Positions 48,814 through 57,998 of a stretch of DNA of 64,000 bases are shown in pieces; within the stretch, counting starts at the first letter, position 1; each line of letters starts with the position of its first letter. Below the pieces are notes generated by a model, which had not been told where the DNA came from, did not search any database, and was given only the letters and a program-made list of their open reading frames with translations. The position numbers and the translations under genes were made by a program. The stretch is from a virus (lineage: Duplodnaviria > Caudoviricetes). Location: the IMG/VR virus record IMGVR_UViG_3300037067_014415, positions 21,692 to 85,691 of that record; one strand, written 5' to 3'.

Positions 48814-50632
48814 TGAGGGTGAGTTAAAAGCACAAATAGAGAATAAAACAAAACAAGCTAAAAAGAAGATTGAGACTAGTTGGCCTTTACTGTACTGGTC
48901 TATGGAGTATCATAGAAATAGTAAAGGTAAAAAGATGGATTTTAATGATGCTTGGTTTTTAATTGATTTATATAAAAATATTTTGAAATGGCCATATTTT
49001 GTTGCCAAGAAATCAGCACAGTGTTTTATTTCGGAGCTTATGATTGTGTTGTCACTATATGAAGCTGGTGTTTTGGGGTTTTGTATAATGTACAGTCTTC
49101 CTAATGATAATTTAAAGCGACGGTTTGTTAATAATAGAGTTGATAAAGCTTTGCGGGAAATCCCTTTTTATGTGAAATTGTATGATGATGCAAAGGGTGT
49201 AAAAAGAACAGAATTAAAGCATTTTGGTAGAGGGTCTATTGCATATATTAACTCTAGAAATGAGAAGGAATATATTGAGATCCCTGTTGATGCTTCTACT
49301 GTGGATGAAAAAGATAGATGTGATATGGCTAATCTTGAAATGATCAAGGATAGAATGATTGCGTCTGAGTATGGGTATCAAAGAGAGATATCAAATCCAT
49401 CTATAGAGGGGTATGGTGTTGATTATAGATATGAGCAGTACAGTACACAGGGAAAGTATAACATAAGATGTAATTGTGGTGAGTGGGTAGTTCCTGATTT
49501 TTTTGTTAATGTTGTTAGGCAGGTTGGTGAGAGAAAATGGGAAGCAATTGATCCAAATTACGTAAAAAACCAGACTCCTGATATAAATGTGTATTGCCAT
49601 CATTGCTGGAAACCGATAGACAGATTAAAAAAAGGTGAGTGGGTTGAAAAATACCCGGATAAATTATGGGTGGGAAGAGAGATAGGATCATTGATAAGTA
49701 AAGCAAAAGGGTGTAGACCTGGTGTGTTGGTTGATGAGTGGATTGATGTATGTGGACATGACCAAAAAACACAGTTGTTTTATAATTTTAAATTGGGTTT
49801 GGCATATACAAGCGCAGGGGCAAAAATAACTGAGACATCGTTATTGAGTTGCCAGGAGAGGTATTCCTTTCCTATACGAAAGGAAGATGTTAAGGGTGTG
49901 CTTTTTATGGGTGTGGATGTGGGATCTGTTTTGAATGTGGTTATTCGAGAAAGGATTATAATAGGAAGTGTGATTAAGTTACGGCTTGTTTTAGTGACGA
50001 CTGTGGCTTCATTTTCATTATTAAGGGATTTGATTACATATTGGAGTCCAAAAATTGTGGTGGTAGACTCAAAACCGGAAATTCATAGTGTTTTGGATTT
50101 AAAAGAGTGGAATAAACACGTGTATTTGACTAAATTTCAGCATGGTTTGTTGAAGATCCAAATAAATAAACAAGAGCGGATGATATCGATGGACCGTACC
50201 TGTTTATTAGACATGGTAAAAGAAAGTTTTGATAAACAAGTGTATGTGATACCAGAGGGGTTTGAAACAATAGATGGTGGTGACTATGTTGCACATTTAA
50301 AGGCATCTACCAGGGTGCTCTTGTTGGATGAAGCACATCCTGAAAAGAGTTATTATAGTTGGGAGCATAGTATGCCGGATCATTATTTTTTGTCGGAATC
50401 TTTTTGTCTCCAGGCTAGTATAATTGATCCGGGTGGAAATGTGTTGGATTTTTATAAAAAGTGGGTGGTAGAAATTAATACTGAAAAGGATAAAGTGGTT
50501 AAAGAAGTGGTAAGACAGACAAATGAGAGTGAAGATTCTGCCAGGTCAAAGCTGAATGTACCTATAGGTATTTCACCAACACATTATTTATCTATGTTAC
50601 AGAATAAATATGCAGAAAGAAAAAAGAAATGA
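48806..50632 (+). CDS. terL: terminase large subunit (lambda gpA-like)
   Basis: KSAQ Walker A, VDEKD, ISNPS, Zn ribbon, MGVDVG nuclease, DHY. Confidence 0.85.
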   Translation: MDNEGELKAQIENKTKQAKKKIETSWPLLYWSMEYHRNSKGKKMDFNDAWFLIDLYKNILKWPYFVAKKSAQCFISELMIVLSLYEAGVLGFCIMYSLPNDNLKRRFVNNRVDKALREIPFYVKLYDDAKGVKRTELKHFGRGSIAYINSRNEKEYIEIPVDASTVDEKDRCDMANLEMIKDRMIASEYGYQREISNPSIEGYGVDYRYEQYSTQGKYNIRCNCGEWVVPDFFVNVVRQVGERKWEAIDPNYVKNQTPDINVYCHHCWKPIDRLKKGEWVEKYPDKLWVGREIGSLISKAKGCRPGVLVDEWIDVCGHDQKTQLFYNFKLGLAYTSAGAKITETSLLSCQERYSFPIRKEDVKGVLFMGVDVGSVLNVVIRERIIIGSVIKLRLVLVTTVASFSLLRDLITYWSPKIVVVDSKPEIHSVLDLKEWNKHVYLTKFQHGLLKIQINKQERMISMDRTCLLDMVKESFDKQVYVIPEGFETIDGGDYVAHLKASTRVLLLDEAHPEKSYYSWEHSMPDHYFLSESFCLQASIIDPGGNVLDFYKKWVVEINTEKDKVVKEVVRQTNESEDSARSKLNVPIGISPTHYLSMLQNKYAERKKK

Positions 50633-51213
50633 TTTGTACAGGTGTATGTGAAAAAGAGTTTTTGGGTGATGTTTTTAAGATTGAGTACAATTGTAAAAAA
50701 ATTACTGTTTTTTTGAAACGGTATAAAGGGTTGCATGTTGAACTAGTTAGAGAAAATAGGGGTTTGTACACAGATTGTTGGGAATTGTGTAATCGTGCTT
50801 TGTGGGATGGGTATGGAAGAATTAAACATAAACAAAGGATGTACAAGGCTCATCGTTTTTTGTTTTCTTTTTTTTCTGGAATTGATATAGATAGTTTTAG
50901 TGGTAAATTATTAAATCATCAATGTGATAACAGAAAGTGTTGTAATCCGTATCATTTGTTGATTGGAACACATACGGATAATATGAATGAAAGAAGTGAA
51001 AGGAATAGATGTGCATGTGGTGTACAAAATGCAGCACACATATTAACCGAAGAGGATGTATTGTATATTCTGGGTAGTGAAATGATAGATGAATATCTTG
51101 CTGGTGTTTTGGGAGTAGTGGAAGAAACTATAAAAAGAGTGAGAAAAAGAGAGACATGGAAGCATGTTGAGGTAGAAGAAAAAGTTTGTGGAATTGATGT
51201 AGATATTTTATAA
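50629..51213 (+). CDS. HNH endonuclease
   Basis: KAHRF...HQCDNRKCCNPYHL...GTHTDN. Confidence 0.85.
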   Translation: MICTGVCEKEFLGDVFKIEYNCKKITVFLKRYKGLHVELVRENRGLYTDCWELCNRALWDGYGRIKHKQRMYKAHRFLFSFFSGIDIDSFSGKLLNHQCDNRKCCNPYHLLIGTHTDNMNERSERNRCACGVQNAAHILTEEDVLYILGSEMIDEYLAGVLGVVEETIKRVRKRETWKHVEVEEKVCGIDVDIL

Positions 51214-51219
51214 AAGTAA

Positions 51220-51248
51220 TTGACATTAACATTTTTATCTAGTATACT
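51220..51248 (+). promoter_or_regulatory. sigma70-type promoter P3
   Basis: TTGACA-17 nt-TATACT. Confidence 0.88.
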
Positions 51249-51423
51249 TTGGGTTATAGGAGTCAAGAGCATATGGTTTTAACAAAGCAGTTTCCTTAAA
51301 TGGAAGCAATTCCCATTTTTGTGGGAACAGTGTTAGAGAAGCATATATTTGTCGAGAAGTGGATGAGTGAATCTGTGTGCTTTGGAAATGAGCTTGGTAG
51401 TGTCTGAAACGATACATGATAGA

Positions 51424-51479
51424 AAGGAAGGTGGCATTCATGTATACCGGTTGTGGAACCAGCCACCTTCCTTATTTTT
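51424..51479 (+). terminator. terminator/attenuator hairpin
   Basis: perfect 12-bp AAGGAAGGTGGC/GCCACCTTCCTT stem followed by ATTTTT. Confidence 0.65.
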
Positions 51480-51511
51480 AAAAGGTTAGGTATGAGGGCA
51501 AAAGAGATAAA

Positions 51512-52118
51512 ATGAAGTTAAAAAGAAGTCAAATAAAGGCGTTGTCTGATTCAAAGAAAAGCATTTTTAAAGATATTTTAAGGATTCAGAGGTCTATACT
51601 TCATCATAAACGTATGAGAGATTGGGCGAAAACCGCATTTAGAGGTTTTACTGATGTTGCAATGAAAGATGCTATTGGAGAAGATTGGTACAGTAGTTGT
51701 TGTTCTTTGTGTTGTAAGTACAGGGGTGCCCGGTGTGTTGGATGTCCTTTGTTTATAAATAATTGTGGTTGTAGTGGATATAAGAAAATATATGGTGGTG
51801 ATCATTATTATATAGATACACCGTGGGTTATGCTAAATGAATCAATGACATGGAGTGTATTTGTTGAAAATGAAAATAAATATATGCTCCCTGCATTAGA
51901 TAAAGTGTTAGATTATTATTATAAGTTATTTGAGGAAGCTAGTGATGAATGATGATGTGAAGTTGGAACTAATAAAAGCAAAAGTAACAAATAAGCAGGT
52001 AATTGCATATCTAAAAAAGAACCATGAAATTGAGTGTGAATTTCCTATTCAGGCATGGAGAGTGGTTTTTAAGGAAAATTTAATGGATGAAATAATGCTT
52101 TTTTATGGCATTAAATAA
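51512..52118 (+). other. two hypothetical ORFs (51512 Cys-rich; 51945)
   Basis: CSLCC...CVGCPL motif in the first. Confidence 0.55.
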
Positions 52119-52137
52119 AATACAGTAAGGAGTTTTT

Positions 52138-52254
52138 ATGACAGGAAATGAAGATGATTTTGATGAAGATGATGATTTCGATGATGATTTCGATGATGAA
52201 GATGATGATGAAGATTTTGATGAAGATGATGATTTTGGGGATGACGACGAGTAA
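52138..52254 (+). CDS. 38-aa hyper-acidic peptide (not in ORF track)
   Basis: AAGGAG RBS; MTGNEDDFDEDDDFDDDFDDEDDDEDFDEDDDFGDDDE; followed by a terminator. Confidence 0.75.
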   Translation: MTGNEDDFDEDDDFDDDFDDEDDDEDFDEDDDFGDDDE

Positions 52255-52268
52255 AAGTATTTAAAGAT

Positions 52269-52298
52269 AAGCAAGCATGTTCTCATGCTTGCTTTTTT
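52269..52298 (+). terminator. intrinsic terminator
   Basis: AAGCAAGCATG-TTCT-CATGCTTGCTT followed by T-tract. Confidence 0.85.
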
Positions 52299-52313
52299 AT
52301 CTAGGGGGATAGA

Positions 52314-53177
52314 ATGAATTGTAGTGTTTCAAATAATGGTGTGTGTAAAAGTTTTAAGAAAGCAGATAACTGTATAGATTGTGCATTGAAATTGAAAAAA
52401 GAAATGGAAGATATAGGACATAAAGCACAAACACAAATATCTTTTTTTGCTGATATTGTTACTGCAATAAAGATGTATGAGAAAGCAAAGATAATTCAGT
52501 TAAAAGAGCAGTTATTGGCTGAATTGGCTAGCAGTTCTATGCAAAGAGTCCATGAAAAAATGGAAGCAATGATTAAAGAAATACCAGTGGAAGGTGAAGT
52601 AACAATTGAAAGTGATAAAGTGGTGATGCAGATTGTTTTGTCTGGGTTGTTACAAGCAAGTAATAAGGCATGTACGATTCTTAAATTGGAAAATGTAATG
52701 CAGTATTGGCATGAAATCAGGAGCCAGGTAATGTGGATAATGGGTAATCCTGATTTGGATGTTTTGGCACATGAAGCAGTAGAAGTGGTTATACATGAAA
52801 AGAAAGAAGATGTGAAAAAGGAAATTGATGATATTTTGGATGATTGTGTGCAGGTAACAGATGAAAAATTTAAATTAAGTAGTTTTAATAAGGTAAATGA
52901 AGATGAAAAAGGTATGCGGGATGATGCTTTATATGGTGAAGATTTATGTGAAAAAAATACATTTGATATTAGTGTGGATGTAAAAAAAACACAGGATGAA
53001 TTTTTACCATTCTGTTATGCTGAATGTGCTCATTTGTCATTAACTGAAAAATCACAAAATGAAGCAGAGAATGGTAATTTATTGTCACATATTTGTTATT
53101 TATATAACAAAAGATTGTTTCATAATTCTCATGCTCCAAAATTAGAAAGATTAAAGGAATGTACATACAGGCAGTAA
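52314..53177 (+). CDS. hypothetical protein with Cys motifs at both ends
   Basis: 287 aa ORF with RBS. Confidence 0.6.
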   Translation: MNCSVSNNGVCKSFKKADNCIDCALKLKKEMEDIGHKAQTQISFFADIVTAIKMYEKAKIIQLKEQLLAELASSSMQRVHEKMEAMIKEIPVEGEVTIESDKVVMQIVLSGLLQASNKACTILKLENVMQYWHEIRSQVMWIMGNPDLDVLAHEAVEVVIHEKKEDVKKEIDDILDDCVQVTDEKFKLSSFNKVNEDEKGMRDDALYGEDLCEKNTFDISVDVKKTQDEFLPFCYAECAHLSLTEKSQNEAENGNLLSHICYLYNKRLFHNSHAPKLERLKECTYRQ

Positions 53178-53218
53178 TTGACTATGATATAATATACTTA
53201 TCATAGGAGATGAAAGAC

Positions 53219-54760
53219 ATGAGAACAAAGCAAGCAAATAGAAAATTAGAAAACAAACGGTGGGAAAATACCGTTAAGCAAAAAAAGATAATAGAGAGTA
53301 CTTTGTACAATCCTGAATTTCTCACCTGGGTTAGGGGTGGTGGAACTAGAGGGATAAGAGACAAAGTACTCACTATAAATACAAATACGTTACGTGCTAT
53401 GGCGGATAAGACACCTCTTGTGAATTCTATTATAAACGCTAGAATCAATCAACATTATCCGTATACAAAATTTATCACCGAAGAAGAGGCAAAAGAGGGT
53501 TCTAAGGGGTTTATAATTAGGCATATTCAAAAGGGAAAAAAAGTAGATGACAATGATAAACGGATGGTGTCTCTTTTAGGGAAATATGTTCTACAAACGG
53601 GTTTTAAGTATGATCCCGAGAGGGAAGACGATTTTGCAGATTATATAAATATGACTGTGAGGGAAGAATTAATTATAGACCAACTGGCAACAGAGATTCA
53701 GATGAACCAGAAGGGACAACCGGTGGCATTTTGGGCAGTTGATGGTGGTACAATTAAGCGTACAAGTGAAGAATATCATAATAAAAGTGTTAAATTTGTA
53801 CAGGAAATAGAAGATGTGGTGGTTGCAGAGTACAGTCATGAAAATCTTATATTTGATTATATGAATAAACGTGTGGATTTAAACTTTCGAGGGTATGGGT
53901 ATTCTCCGCTGGAACAGGCAATAGATGTGATTACAACGCTTTTGTTTGGGTACAGCCACTTAAGGGGTCAGTTTACAAAAGATAAGATGCCTAAAGGGTT
54001 TATTTCGGTGATGGGTGAAATAGACTCTATTGGTATATCGGCAATACAACAGTATTGGTATTCTGCTATGTCTGGGGCAGGTGGGGAGTGGAATATTCCT
54101 ATTTTACCCTCTGGAAAAGATGGTGTGGGGCTGGATTTTAAGGCAATTGGATCCTCAAACAGGGATATGGAGTATCATAAGGGTATGATGTTTATTTCTA
54201 GCATAATTGCTGCGGTTATGTCTATTGATTTAGCGGAGATTGGAATTAAGGCAGACGATTCCACTTCATTAATTGGTGAGTCCTCAGAACCTAGGGTGAC
54301 TGCATCTAAAGAGAGAGGATTACATTCTCTTTTAATGTTTAATCAACAGTATGTAAATAAAAACATACGGAAAATGACAACGGATTATCAATTAGAATTT
54401 GTAGGTTATAATCCGGAAGATATGAAAATGAAGTCTGAAATCAGGCAGTTACAGTTGAAGACAGACACATCAATAGATGAATTGCGGATTAAGGATGGAA
54501 AAAAACCATATAAAAAAGAATGGTCTGAGATGCCATTAAATGAACAGGCTGTGATAATTTTTAATAATATGAAGGCAAGAGAGAAACAGGAGGAACAACA
54601 GAAAGCACAGATGGAACAACAAGGGCAACAAAATGATAATGAATTTTATGATGATGATTATCCAGAAGAGGATATGGAAAAAAGTATGAAGGTTGATTTT
54701 GATAAATTCATGGAATTTAAAGATTGGCAGAAGGAATTTGAAAAAAGAACAAAGAGGTGA
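53219..54760 (+). CDS. portal protein
   Basis: FWAVDGGTI, GYSPLE, MPKG, SNRDMEY portal-type motifs. Confidence 0.85.
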   Translation: MRTKQANRKLENKRWENTVKQKKIIESTLYNPEFLTWVRGGGTRGIRDKVLTINTNTLRAMADKTPLVNSIINARINQHYPYTKFITEEEAKEGSKGFIIRHIQKGKKVDDNDKRMVSLLGKYVLQTGFKYDPEREDDFADYINMTVREELIIDQLATEIQMNQKGQPVAFWAVDGGTIKRTSEEYHNKSVKFVQEIEDVVVAEYSHENLIFDYMNKRVDLNFRGYGYSPLEQAIDVITTLLFGYSHLRGQFTKDKMPKGFISVMGEIDSIGISAIQQYWYSAMSGAGGEWNIPILPSGKDGVGLDFKAIGSSNRDMEYHKGMMFISSIIAAVMSIDLAEIGIKADDSTSLIGESSEPRVTASKERGLHSLLMFNQQYVNKNIRKMTTDYQLEFVGYNPEDMKMKSEIRQLQLKTDTSIDELRIKDGKKPYKKEWSEMPLNEQAVIIFNNMKAREKQEEQQKAQMEQQGQQNDNEFYDDDYPEEDMEKSMKVDFDKFMEFKDWQKEFEKRTKR

Positions 54761-54764
54761 CAGT

Positions 54765-54935
54765 GTGGAAAGATATTATGTAGCAGATGGTTATTTCCCT
54801 AATGGAGAGTCAAGACCAAAAAGGGAAGTAAGTGTAGTTAAAGTGGGAGAAAAAACAACATTAGTGAGATATATTGATGATGGTACAGAAATTCATGTGT
54901 TTCATAAAAGTATTATGAGGGTGTGTAATGGGTAA
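54765..54935 (+). CDS. small hypothetical protein
   Basis: GTG start after GAGGT. Confidence 0.5.
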   Translation: MERYYVADGYFPNGESRPKREVSVVKVGEKTTLVRYIDDGTEIHVFHKSIMRVCNG

Positions 54936-55638
54936 GGCATTTGGGAATAGGCAGAAAAAGTACAAATTAGTACCTGGTGATGATTATCCAACAGCATATT
55001 CATTAACAGAGTTGTTGTTTAGTAATCAGAAGAAAATAGGGATTAAGTTTGATTGTAATAAGACAGTGTGGGAACCAGCAGCGGGTGACGGGCATATGGT
55101 GAAAGTGTTAAAGGATAAGTTTAATCATGTTGTGTCTAGTGATATTAGTCATGGGTATATGGAGTACGAAAAAGGTAAACTAAAAGAGAGTGATGGTGGG
55201 TATTTTTGTGATTTTTTAAATGTTGAGCATGAAATAAATAATGTTGATTATATTATAACAAATCCACCATTTTCTTTAGCGGATGAATTTATATTAAGAG
55301 CAAAAAAGTATGATCCAGAGATTATATGTTTTTTGTTGAGAACTAATTATTTATCAGGACAGTCTAGAGGGAATAAAGGAATATACGATGGTTTAGCACA
55401 TGTAGCAGTGTTTGATCGAATGCCTGATTTTAGGGCACCTATACGGGAAGATGGTAAGTTTCCTACTGCCATGAATGTGTATGCATGGTTTATATGGAGA
55501 AGGGGATGGAAAAAGAAAGCGGATTTTACAACAATAAAGTGTGGAGAATTTTGTTTAAAGAGTAAGGAGATGAGTGATAGTTATCGGAGAGGATTATATG
55601 AAATTATTGGATATCCAAAAAGGAAGGTGAAAATATGA
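54928..55638 (+). CDS. DNA adenine methyltransferase-like
   Basis: WEPAAGDG SAM motif followed by TNPPF. Confidence 0.85.
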   Translation: MGKAFGNRQKKYKLVPGDDYPTAYSLTELLFSNQKKIGIKFDCNKTVWEPAAGDGHMVKVLKDKFNHVVSSDISHGYMEYEKGKLKESDGGYFCDFLNVEHEINNVDYIITNPPFSLADEFILRAKKYDPEIICFLLRTNYLSGQSRGNKGIYDGLAHVAVFDRMPDFRAPIREDGKFPTAMNVYAWFIWRRGWKKKADFTTIKCGEFCLKSKEMSDSYRRGLYEIIGYPKRKVKI

Positions 55639-56306
55639 CGTATGAAGAGAGTAATGAAGTATTAGGTATCTATCAGGCATCTGTAATAATGGGTGATAAG
55701 GATTTATCGGAAAATAAGATGAATGTGTGCAAACATCCAGAAAAAGAGGGTGATTTTAGTGATGTTGTTAAAGGAAGTCCTGTAAATAGAGGCATTTTAA
55801 AATTTGACCAAATTGAAAAGGAATGGGATGAAAGAATTCAGGAGAATATTAAGGCACAATTGGATTATTATAGGGCACTTGGAAGAGATAGTTTTAAAAA
55901 TAGTTGGCTTGATAAAATAGATGAATTTGAAATAAGTAATAGAGTACATGAAGATGTTGTTAAAAAGCAGAAAAGAAATACATTTTGTTTCTTAAATAAT
56001 TTGTTGTTAAAACAAGACAGTAAACAAGATAGTGAAGAAAACAATGAACCAATTAAAGAAGAATATATAACAGACAGTGAAAAGTTGGGGTTTTTTAGAA
56101 GTGCTATACGGGTAAAATATGGTTTTATCCTTATTGATGAGAATCTTAGTGAGTTTTGTGTATATTTAAAGAATTTATTAGAAGGTCGTGTTGTTAGTAC
56201 TCCATTAGGTATTATGAAAGTAGTTTTAGTGGAAAATAAGAAGTATGATTTAGTGGTTAAACAGAAAGATAAATGGTATTGGACAGGATTTAATTTTTCT
56301 AAATAG
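55635..56306 (+). CDS. hypothetical protein
   Basis: 223 aa ORF. Confidence 0.6.
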   Translation: MTYEESNEVLGIYQASVIMGDKDLSENKMNVCKHPEKEGDFSDVVKGSPVNRGILKFDQIEKEWDERIQENIKAQLDYYRALGRDSFKNSWLDKIDEFEISNRVHEDVVKKQKRNTFCFLNNLLLKQDSKQDSEENNEPIKEEYITDSEKLGFFRSAIRVKYGFILIDENLSEFCVYLKNLLEGRVVSTPLGIMKVVLVENKKYDLVVKQKDKWYWTGFNFSK

Positions 56307-56341
56307 GCGAAATGAGGATTGAATAAGGAGAGTGTGGAGTA

Positions 56342-56608
56342 ATGGCAGTAGAGAGTGCTTATAACCAAATCTTAAATGAGCAGTTAGTTTGTGTTATTAA
56401 GAATTTCTTTATTAAAAAAAAGTGTACTAAATGGTATGAAGTGATTAAGTATAGATTTGGTTTAGAAGGTGAAAAACCACATACATTTAAGGAATGTAGT
56501 GTAATTTTTGGTGTGTCAAAAGAAAGGATTAGGCAGATAACAATAAAAGCTATTCGGGTTATTCGTGAAGATGCTAAAATTGTGAAAATATTGAGGGAGT
56601 TTTTATAA
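56342..56608 (+). CDS. stand-alone sigma70 region-4 domain protein
   Basis: VIKYRFGLEGEKPHTFKECSVIFGVSKERIRQITIKAI. Confidence 0.8.
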   Translation: MAVESAYNQILNEQLVCVIKNFFIKKKCTKWYEVIKYRFGLEGEKPHTFKECSVIFGVSKERIRQITIKAIRVIREDAKIVKILREFL

Positions 56609-56667
56609 ATAAAGAACATAAGTGTATTATAAATCATACATTTAAATTATGTAGATAATTAGTGTAT

Positions 56668-56699
56668 AAAAACCTTGTATATAAAACTACAAGGTTTTT
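56668..56699. terminator. perfect 12-bp inverted repeat (terminator or operator)
   Basis: AAAAACCTTGTA-8 nt-TACAAGGTTTTT. Confidence 0.6.
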
Positions 56700-56716
56700 G
56701 AAAAAGGAGTTTAAGT

Positions 56717-56887
56717 ATGGGGTTGTCTGAATATACCAGTAGAGAGTTGTTAAATGGGTTGATTGTTTCGATTAAGGGTGATATTGCCAATTTGCAGTTA
56801 GCAAATTGGTGTGCATTAAAGCAGGATAGAATGATTGAGTTAGGAAAGCTTTTGTGTGTTTTAGAGAAGGTAAAGGTGATATTGTGA
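56717..56887 (+). CDS. 56-aa hypothetical protein (not in ORF track)
   Basis: AAGGAG RBS; MGLSEYTSRELL...KVIL. Confidence 0.55.
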   Translation: MGLSEYTSRELLNGLIVSIKGDIANLQLANWCALKQDRMIELGKLLCVLEKVKVIL

Positions 56888-57186
56888 CAGTGTTTAAAAA
56901 AGGGGATTGTGTAACGTGGTGTAGTGGAGCAAATAATACTGAAACTGTTAAGGTGGGAGTAATAATTGCAGTAGTTCCTGCTGATTATAATTTATATTTC
57001 TATGATATGAAACTTGAAAAGGTTAGATTAAGAAATAGATTTATGTGGTTAAGAAAGTATAGTTTGAATATGATAAACAAATCAAGGAATAGTTTACCTA
57101 GGAATCATGAATCTTATTTGGTGTTGGTAAAGAATAAATATGTATACTGGCCAAGAGTGAAGTATTTAAGTATGTGGGAGTGGTAA
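56884..57186 (+). CDS. SH3-like hypothetical protein (paralogue of 41050)
   Basis: FKKGDCV.W...HESYLVLV...YWPRV. Confidence 0.6.
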   Translation: MTVFKKGDCVTWCSGANNTETVKVGVIIAVVPADYNLYFYDMKLEKVRLRNRFMWLRKYSLNMINKSRNSLPRNHESYLVLVKNKYVYWPRVKYLSMWEW

Positions 57187-57383
57187 AAATGACAGCAAGA
57201 CAGGTAATTGAAAAATTGTTAAAAGGGGAAAGTCATACATATAGAGCACATTTACATGATTATTTTATAGATGAGTTTAATAAATTTAAGTTAGAAAATA
57301 TGATTCCAGCTAATAAAAAGTTTTTAGTGACACGTGAAATTATTGATATTAAAATTGAATTGGTTAACATAAAAGGAGAATAG
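57174..57383 (+). CDS. hypothetical protein
   Basis: 69 aa ORF. Confidence 0.5.
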   Translation: MGVVKMTARQVIEKLLKGESHTYRAHLHDYFIDEFNKFKLENMIPANKKFLVTREIIDIKIELVNIKGE

Positions 57384-57386
57384 TTT

Positions 57387-57998
57387 ATGAATGATTTACA
57401 TGACAGATTTAAATTTCATCAATTGAATGAAAAACAGATTAAAAAGTGTAGTGAGGTTCGAGGGAAAGCATTGGAATATGCTGAAATGTTGGTGTTGAAT
57501 TGTCCAGAAGGTAGGGAGTTGTCATTAGCATTAACCAAGTTGGAAGAGGTAGTGTTTTGGGCAAATGCTGGAATAGCCAGGGAGAAACAGTTAGTGAAAC
57601 CAGTAAAGTATGTAGAAGATAAAGATATTAGAGTACATATGGTTGCTGCTTTAACAGAAAGTGTGGGTAAAAAATCAAATGATTTAATACAAGGTGTTTT
57701 GGATGTTTTACCTGCACAAAGAAAGTTAGAAATAGGGTTAACTTGTGCAGTATGTGGAAAAGGCGAATGTGAATGTGAAAATTTGAAAAAAATAGTGGAT
57801 GATGGTTTTGATTTTTATAAAGGTTCTTGGGAATGTAAAGGATGTAAAATAAAAGTGGGAAGAATGAAGGAAATAATTCATGAAAGTAATTGTTATGTAG
57901 GATATGCAATTGAAAGGATGAAAGTAAAGGCTGAACTTGAGAAAGATGCTCATTTATGTATGGGTTGTGGGACTGTGGGTTGTTTATGCGGTCAGTAG
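57387..57998 (+). CDS. Acb2/Tad1-like domain with Cys-rich C-terminal extension
   Basis: RFKFHQLNEKQ...CPEGRELSLALTKLEEVVFWANAGIAR. Confidence 0.65.
   Translation: MNDLHDRFKFHQLNEKQIKKCSEVRGKALEYAEMLVLNCPEGRELSLALTKLEEVVFWANAGIAREKQLVKPVKYVEDKDIRVHMVAALTESVGKKSNDLIQGVLDVLPAQRKLEIGLTCAVCGKGECECENLKKIVDDGFDFYKGSWECKGCKIKVGRMKEIIHESNCYVGYAIERMKVKAELEKDAHLCMGCGTVGCLCGQ

Noticed and set aside
50629-51213. HNH next to terL as a novel system
   Set aside because: HNH endonucleases beside terminase genes are a common arrangement (homing or packaging cofactor)
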